From: Eledone cirrhosa
Taxonomy: Eukaryota
Direction: 5' to 3'
Assembly (NCBI GenBank): GCA_964016885.1
Contig: OZ024743.1
Coordinates: forward strand, 91,760,001-91,824,000
Length of the DNA: 64,000 nucleotides
Shown: one piece after another, positions 56,749-64,000 of the stretch
How positions within the stretch are numbered: the stretch's first letter is position 1
Layout: the number at the start of each line of letters is the position of its first letter
Made by a program: the position numbers and the translations under genes
Notes under the pieces: generated by a model
What the model was told of the DNA's origin: nothing
Database searches by the model: none
The model's input: the letters and a program-made list of their open reading frames with translations, nothing else

Positions 56749-59700
56749 TTACAGACAGATACTCAGAGTAGGCCCATTCACACGGGCCATACTTGCTTCT
56801 TTCACCCATCTTTCAACAAAATGCTGGGAAGAGAGCACTTCCCTCTCTACCCTGATTTTCCTTTTCAAATGAAATTTGAAAAAGTTAATCAGGGCATCAC
56901 CGAAGAGGTAAGTGCTCGTCTTCAGCCCTTTCAAACGTGTCCACCATACTATCTCTTTCGCCATGGCCACCAGACAGATAAAAACTACCTGCCCTTCCCG
57001 GCTAAAGGAAGAGGGCGGGGCAATCCTCACGATGGACTCAGCTGATAGCTGGATCCGTCCTACACGTGACAGCAGGTGTTCGACATAAACCCGCAAGTCA
57101 GCAATGCTCGGACACTGGACGAGTGCGTGCAGGACGGTTTCGTCGCCCTGCGCGCATCTCGGACATGTCCGGCTGACGGCACCTCCATGCCTGTAGAGTT
57201 TATCCCGAACTGGCAAAGCTCCTCGGTAGCACTGCCAGGCCAGGGATTTCTGGAAGTTGTCCATAGGCCCCGGCCCGAAAGTCCTTCCGAAGAGATTGGC
57301 TAGTTGATTTTCGTCGACGCCTAGAGTTTCTCCAAGTACGTCGTCGCTCTTCCCCTCCACTAATCCTCTATAGAACGCCAAGGTGGAGTTTCCACTGATC
57401 ACATTGCCCGATTGGTCGAGGGCTGTGGCGACTGAAGACATTCCAGTCTCCAAGCGCTCCCTCTCGGTCTTCGCTTGACCCAGGACTGCAGCTCCGTCAA
57501 GGAGACGAGCTGGGGAAAGACGTGTCTAGCAAACGGCGACCACACCTGGTCACCGTCGAGGAAGAGGTGGAGATGTCGTAGCCTGAGCGCGTGCCTGCGC
57601 ATCATCAGCCACGGCATGCCCAGCCCTCCACGTAGCGGGTGTTGACAGCAGATGGACCGCCTGACCATCGGAGCGCGTCCCTTCCACAAAAAGCGATAGA
57701 GCAAACGCTCCAGCGCAGTCAGGCGGGGCTTAGGACAAGGTACGACGGTCAGGCGGTAGTAGATGACGGATGCGATGTACGCGTTGGCCACCTCCGCTCG
57801 ACCTTTCAGGGATAGCTTCCTCTCTGCCCATTTCTGGGTGAGAGAAGCCACCATGCTCGTCACATCGTCCCAGTTTTTGTCCGTCTGGAGGTCCGAACCG
57901 AACCAGACCCCTAGTAATTTAACCGATCCGTCCGTCCAGCGCCCACCGATGCTGTTGGACGGCATGGACCTGCCTCTCCAGGTGCCGAGCTGCAGGCCCA
58001 CTGACATTTCCTGGTTGATCATTGCTCCTGTCACCGCTTCGTATTCTCTTAGTGTAGTGCCGATCGCCTCGATGTGTTTGGCGTTCGACACCACTACGGT
58101 GACATCGTCCGCATATGGTGATACGGATCTTCCGCATCCTAGTTCGCGCGGGACCCCCCTCAACGTCTCCAGTTTGTGCAGTAATGGCTCGAGAGTCAAA
58201 ACGTACAAGAGGGACGAGAGGGGACATCCTTGGCGGACCGAGCGCATGATGTTGAACGGTTCCGAAAGGTAACCGTCCACTCTCACCACAGAGCAGATGT
58301 CGCTGTGCATGGCAGCGATCCAGCCTCTGAAGACGGGCCCAAAGCCAGCCGCCCTCAGTACTGCCGCTAGGTAACGATGGTCGACCCTATCGAAAGCTTT
58401 CGACTGATCTAAATTGATCAAGGACCCACCAGTGCCAGGTTCCCTAGCTACCCTCTCTACGATGTATCGCATGAGGTGGAGGTTTTCGTGGATGGATCTG
58501 TCGGGAATGGCGCATGTCTGCGCCTCTTCCACCAGACCACCAACGACAAGCGCTAACCTCTTTGCTAGCACCTTGGCCAAAATCTTGAACTCTGTGTTTA
58601 GCAGAGTTATGGGCCTGAAATTACCTATGTATCCCCCTTGTTCGGATCCTTTCTCAGCAGCGCCACAGCTCCTCGGCTTACAGAGCTGGAAATTCTCCCG
58701 TTCTGTTGCCAGTTGCAGTAGACGTCCGCCAAGAGGCCTCCGAACAAGTCTGGCATCTGCACGTAAAGTTCATAGGGCAGACCATCCAAACCAGGCGATT
58801 TACCCCTTGTGCAGCCAGTCATTGCCTCCCGTACTTCAGCGGCTGTTATCGGGTTTTCGCAACAAAGTCCATCCCTCGATCCGGCCCACCGCTGCCCCCG
58901 AACAACTGAGCGAAGTGTCGCTGAAAAGCTTCACACATTTGCCCGGGATCGAGTAGCAAGCGCCCGTCGTGGTCCACCAAAGACCGGATCGTGGCTTTGT
59001 TGCCACGACGCGCCTTCGCCACTCGAGCCCATTGAACGGCTTTCGTCCCCTCGTGTCTGAGTGCACGCACCCTAGCTCTGACAACGCAGCCTTCGTACTT
59101 TGCATTGAAGAATTGGTCAAGGGCCAATTTCGCCGCAAGTACGTCGGTCGCGATGCCTTTGCTAAGCGACTCGTCTAATTTTCTAACTAATTCTCCCTCT
59201 GCTCTATTTTTCTCTATTGCTAAAGCCTTACTAAACCTAATGGACTCTATTCTAATCGCTCTTTTCAGAGCAAACCACCACTTGTTGGCGATGGCCCCCG
59301 TCAACGCCCGCTTAACTAGTTCGCTAATCCGGTCTCTGTAGGCCTTGCGCGCTGGTAAGGACGCGTTTAGCTTCCAGTAGCCGGGTCCTCGTCTATGAAG
59401 CCTATCTAAATCAAGCACACAGATCATGAATTTGTGGTCCGTGTAGCTGACTATCTTGAATTGTGGACAGCCTATGCTAGACCTATCTATTTCTCTACAA
59501 AATACTATATCTAGATATGATCTGGATGACCCTATGCGATTTGTCCAAGTCCACATTGGCACATTCGAGAAATCCAATCGGTACCTGTCAGACAGTTCAA
59601 AACGCCTGAGCAGGTTGGTGAGGCTCTTGCACCCTCCTCCCCTATCCGCTAATCCCACACAGTCCCAGCGTGAATCTAAGATCCCGTTCCAGTCGCCCAC

Positions 59701-60113
59701 TAACACTAAAGAGCGGGACGTTCCAAGAAAGGTCTCCAGACGCCGGAAGAAATCAGGCCGCCCTGCTCCTGTCGGGGCATAGACGGCCACTAGCCTGAAA
59801 GCTTGCCCGTCTCCGGTGGTCACGTCTAGCACCACCAACTTACCTTCTGGGTCCAGGAAGATGGCCCGTATGGCGAGATCCAAACCTCTCCGAAAAAGCA
59901 CAGCAACTCCTGCCCCGATCCCGGACGGCTGGGAGATGCGTACACATCGTAGCCGCCGAAGATCGGTGCGAAGGCCCGTGCTTCGGAGATTCTGGTCTCG
60001 CTGATGGCCACTATATCTATGTTTAGTGACCTGAGGTCGTTGAGCAGGTGGCTGTGCTTCCATGACGACCTCAAGCCACGCGCATTTATGCTGCCTATTC
60101 TTAGTGAGGTCAT
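56749..60113 (-). pseudogene. Tx1 ORF2: AP endonuclease, reverse transcriptase and C-terminal zinc finger
   Basis: SINARGL, SET, YAPT, GDWN, TDH (APE); SPGLDGL, LDQSKAFDRVDH, QGCPLS, YADD (RT); CPRC..ETVLHALVQC; about 4 frameshifts. Confidence 0.93.
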
Positions 60114-60147
60114 GTTGAAATGGAGTAGAAAAGATGGGAAAGACCAC

Positions 60148-62078
60148 TTACCTTACTTCTCGTAGAGGAAGGATGGTTTGTCCATCCTTTTCACTGCTTG
60201 TGTCCTCCTCCGGAAGGATGTCCTTATAAATCCTCCTGGAGAGTGCTTGTCGGAAGTCTCCGATGTCTTTGGGGAATTTTTGTTTTAGTGTCGTGTACGT
60301 TTTCTGTGTGATGTGAGTGATTTGTATGAGTGGAGGTGGTGTGAACTTTTGGGTTGTTGTGTAGTCTTTTTCTGTGATGCTGGTGTTGTGTTGCATGTAG
60401 TGTAATAATTGGTTGTTGTTCAAATTTAATGCTGTGTAGTGTGTATCGTTTTGGTTGTTTTGTTTTGTTTGCGTTTGTTGTGGGTTTGTTTCTGTTACGC
60501 TTTTTCGTGACTTTTGTGGTGTTGGTGATGGTGTTGTTGGGGTTAATGATGGTGATGGTGTTGGTGTTTGTGGTGATGGGGTTGGTGATGCTGGTGTGGA
60601 TGGTGGCATATCTGTCCTAACTTTTTTGTTTAATAATTTATTTGTTTCCTTCTGTATTTTGTTTTTGGAGGGGGATGGAAAATAATTTTTTTCTTTTTTG
60701 GTTTATTTTTTTCTTTTTTACTGATACCGTTTCCCACTCTTCGTCGTCACAATCTGTCTCCAGTTGCGATAAGCCGGGGAGTGGAAAATCCTCCACAGGC
60801 GTTGGTTTTGGTTGTGGCGTGGTGGATGGTGTCGGCGCTGGTGCTAATTCTGGCGCGTTGGGTGGTGGTGGTGTTGGTTTTGCTACTGTTGCTGGGGTTG
60901 TTGCTGTTACAGTTGCTTCTGTTGTTGCTGCTACAGTTGTTGCTGCCATTTCTGCTGCTGGTGGTGTTGATGGTTGAGTCACTGGGGTGGGTAAGAGAGG
61001 TGGCCTCAACCTTTTAGCCTGAGGGCAGAGAGCCCTTAGGTGGGTTCCTTCACCACAAACGACACACCTAGGCCTTCTGCCCTCGACGATTACGGTGAGG
61101 TGGCTGCCGTCAGTGAGGTCTATTACCTCTGGGATCTCCTCAATGCTTTTATGGTCCGCTTGGATCAGGAGCTCCATCCCAGATCCGGACCAGTTCTCCT
61201 GCTTTTCTTTCGCTATTTCAATTATCTTGGTGTTGGCCTCGATGCCGGCGAGGACGGCAGCCATTAGCCAGGGAATTTCGATGGCCGGTGGAACGTGGGT
61301 CACCCTGATCTTCAAAAGTCTCTGGCCACAATAGCTTGGGACGAGTGTGAAATCGTCACTTCTTAATGGGGCCATGGAGTGTTCTCTGGACTCCTGTGGT
61401 GTTTCAAAGAACACGTCCACGGTTCCATATTTCTGCCCACGTCTGATGTGGGTTTTTTTTTGTCCCCACATGTCCCAAAGCTTTTTGGATTTGGGACTCG
61501 GATGCCCGTTCCACTCGGCGCGATTTTATGTTAATCGTCCGATAAGACACGGTGCATAGGCGACGATGCTCCATTTTATTAGGTGGACAGGGGGGGGGGG
61601 CTGACGCTGTACACATCTTTCTTTACCATTCCTTTGGCTTCTTCTAATTCCTCCTGAGTTACCTGGATCGCTTCGCACGTTTTTGCTACTCTGGCAAAAC
61701 TCAGGGCAGTTTACTTAATTTCATTGTTGGTGTTGTTGTTATCGTTATTTTTGTTATTGTTAATTTTAGTTTCAGTTGTGGTGGTGGTGGCGTCAGTGGT
61801 GTTCGGTGTGGAAGAGTTCATTTTGGTTGAATTCATTTCGATATCACGAGTTAATTAATTTTTTTCTTTTGTTTCTGTTGTCGCTGTGGTGGTGGTGGGG
61901 TGGCGGCTTTAACACCTGCAGTCATTGGTTATGGCGGGAAATGAACATCTGCCTGAGACAAATTTAAAATATTGCTACTGCTTACATTTCCAGTGTTGGC
62001 AAACGTAGCAATATTTACAATGCTGGTGTCGGTGTGAGGCGTTAGTTTGTGAGGAAGGAATGACTCTGAGTCATCCAT
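60148..62078 (-). pseudogene. Tx1 ORF1 (gag-like, zinc knuckle, Pro/Thr-rich linker)
   Basis: CVVCGEGTHLRALC; ORF pieces 60638..61471 and 60148..60609. Confidence 0.85.
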
Positions 62079-62437
62079 GATTTTTCAAAGAAAAATTTTT
62101 GTTTGATAATTATAAAAAGTTTAAATTTTGGGCTCAAGGCCCCAATATTTTTGAGAGTCCTTTTCAGAAATCAATGTATGTGCACTTATATACAGTTAAC
62201 AATAAAAATTTTCCATAAATGGCAATTTTAAACAACTGAAAATAACAAACCTTTGCGGAGCTCACGATGATGCGATTTACTACGTAGGTCGCCAATAATA
62301 ATAATAATAATAATACAATAATAGAAGCAAGGAAATATAAGGGATCCGTACAAGGTTATCCAAACAGGTACAAATGTATCCGACTATAAAATGTGTGTTT
62401 GGAAGATAGAGCAAAATATGGAGAATAACGTTAAGAT

Positions 62438-62643
62438 ATCTTTCTTTATTTGCCACAGGGGCGTACAAAAACAGGATGGCGGGGGTTTTACATAAAATGT
62501 TTAACAATGATAAATAACAATAAACTATATAAAAATAAAATAATTGAAATCCCCAATAGGGGGGTAACGCTACTGCGGGGTTGTTTTACACTCCGTGGAT
62601 AGAACAACCCTCAACACCAGGGACAGGTTTTGTAGGTGTTCCC
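62438..62643 (-). mobile_element. 3' UTR fragment of the (AGAT)n-associated Tx1-related family
   Basis: Homologous to 55237-55460; GATA repeat at 62669. Confidence 0.65.
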
Positions 62644-62977
62644 GTCTTCCTTCTGTTTATCTTCCTCAGATAGATAGATAGATGTGTGTGTGTACATTAT
62701 GTGGAGTCATTCATGTACAAATATTAATGTTTGAATGAAGAAAAGAAATGAAATGTCAAAATATAACAAAAAGAAACAAGAAACAAAGAATTCAAGACGT
62801 TCACACACACATACTAATATACACACATGTGCATGCAATACACATACACACACATGTACACGCATACACATCCATACACATGCACACACATACACACACA
62901 TGCATACACACGAATATGCACATACAAATATACACATGCACACTTCCTTTGATATGTATCAAATAATAACCTTTGTT

Positions 62978-62978
62978 A

Positions 62979-63063
<85 letters not shown>

Positions 63064-63073
63064 TGCAGCAGAC

Positions 63074-63144
<71 letters not shown>

Positions 63145-63225
63145 TGCAGAAGAAGTAGTAGTAGTAGTAGTAATAGTAGTAGTAGTAGTAGTAGTTGCAG
63201 CAGAAGTAGTAGTAGTAGTTGCAGC

Positions 63226-63303
<78 letters not shown>

Positions 63304-63312
63304 TGCAGCAGA
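62978..63312. repeat. (TAG)n array punctuated by TTGCAGCAGA
   Basis: Direct inspection. Confidence 0.95.
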
Positions 63313-63317
63313 AGAAA

Positions 63318-63640
63318 GCTCGTGGTCTAGTGGTTAACACGTTGAACTCAGGATCATAAGATCCTGTTGTCAATTTTTGAACGGGGCTGGCATGTTGTTT
63401 TCTTCAGCCAAATTCTGTATTTTACGTTGTTCCTTCTTCGAGGAGTTACGATCAGCTGATAGTATCAGCAATGAAATGGAACTCCGTTGGTTTCAACGCT
63501 GTGTGCTACAGCTGTTCGATCAACAGAACAATATGCTCATGAAATTAACATGTAAATGGCTGACGCGTGCATTCTTAACATAATTCTCAAGGAGATTCAG
63601 TGTGACACAATGTGTGTCAAGGCTTACAGGTACAGCCCAT
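63318..63640 (+). mobile_element. Family 2 tRNA-derived SINE relic
   Basis: GCTCGTGGTCTAGTGGTTAACAC tRNA-like head; body similar to 41830-42120. Confidence 0.55.
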
Positions 63641-63829
63641 CAGACGAGCTTGCAATCAATTTCAGTTGACACAACTGCTTCAGTTAGCGGAGAAATCTAC
63701 AAGTATGCAGCTGTGGTGAGCCGTATATATTCTAGTCACTAGAAAAAGAAAAATGAATACTTCACCTTCGAAAACGGGATGACTCGAGAAGAAGAAGCAT
63801 TTCAATATATTTTGCATTTCTGGAAGGAC

Positions 63830-64000
63830 GTGTGGATTGGCAGTATCGGTGGAGAGTCGTACAACATGCTTTATGGAAGAGAGTTACGGCCCTTTACGAT
63901 CTGAGTTCAAATCCTTCCGAGTTTAGCTTTGCCTTTCATCCTTACGGGGTCGATAAAATAAAGTACCAGTAATGCACTGGGATCGATTTAGTTGACTCTT
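63830..64000 (+). mobile_element. Family 1 SINE (window edge)
   Basis: Head, B-box and core. Confidence 0.85.

Larger units (their letters stand above)
56504..62293 (-). mobile_element. Full-length (about 5.8 kb) Tx1-like L1-clade retrotransposon, frameshifted
   Basis: ORF1 with CCHC knuckle; ORF2 with APE, RT and CCHC; ends AATAAAGAAAGC-(ATT)n; (AAT)n on both sides; same 5' end as the 3396 copy. Confidence 0.95.

Overview
AT-rich, microsatellite-saturated eukaryotic intergenic or intronic DNA. The SINE content and repeat style suggest an octopus or other cephalopod (inference). No host gene is recognisable, and most listed ORFs are microsatellite artefacts. The window is a patchwork of mobile elements: a near full-length but frameshifted Tx1-like (L1 clade) LINE inside (AAT)n at 56.5-62.3 kb, with a deleted sister copy at 0.4-3.4 kb and stacked relatives; R4/Dong-like and CRE-like RLE relics; a non-autonomous RTE-derived element; a Penelope-like GIY-YIG element; hAT elements and MITEs; and many tRNA-derived SINEs. 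The most striking unexplained signal is a dense set of type I hammerhead-ribozyme motifs read by eye (about 15 copies in about 11 sequence families). Almost all lie beside (TA)n tracts, and many lie inside fold-back inverted repeats whose 3' ends face outward. They include U3:A8 compensatory cores, an extra-nucleotide variant and very long stem II inserts. All RNA structures are manual predictions, and coordinates of degenerate repeats are approximate.
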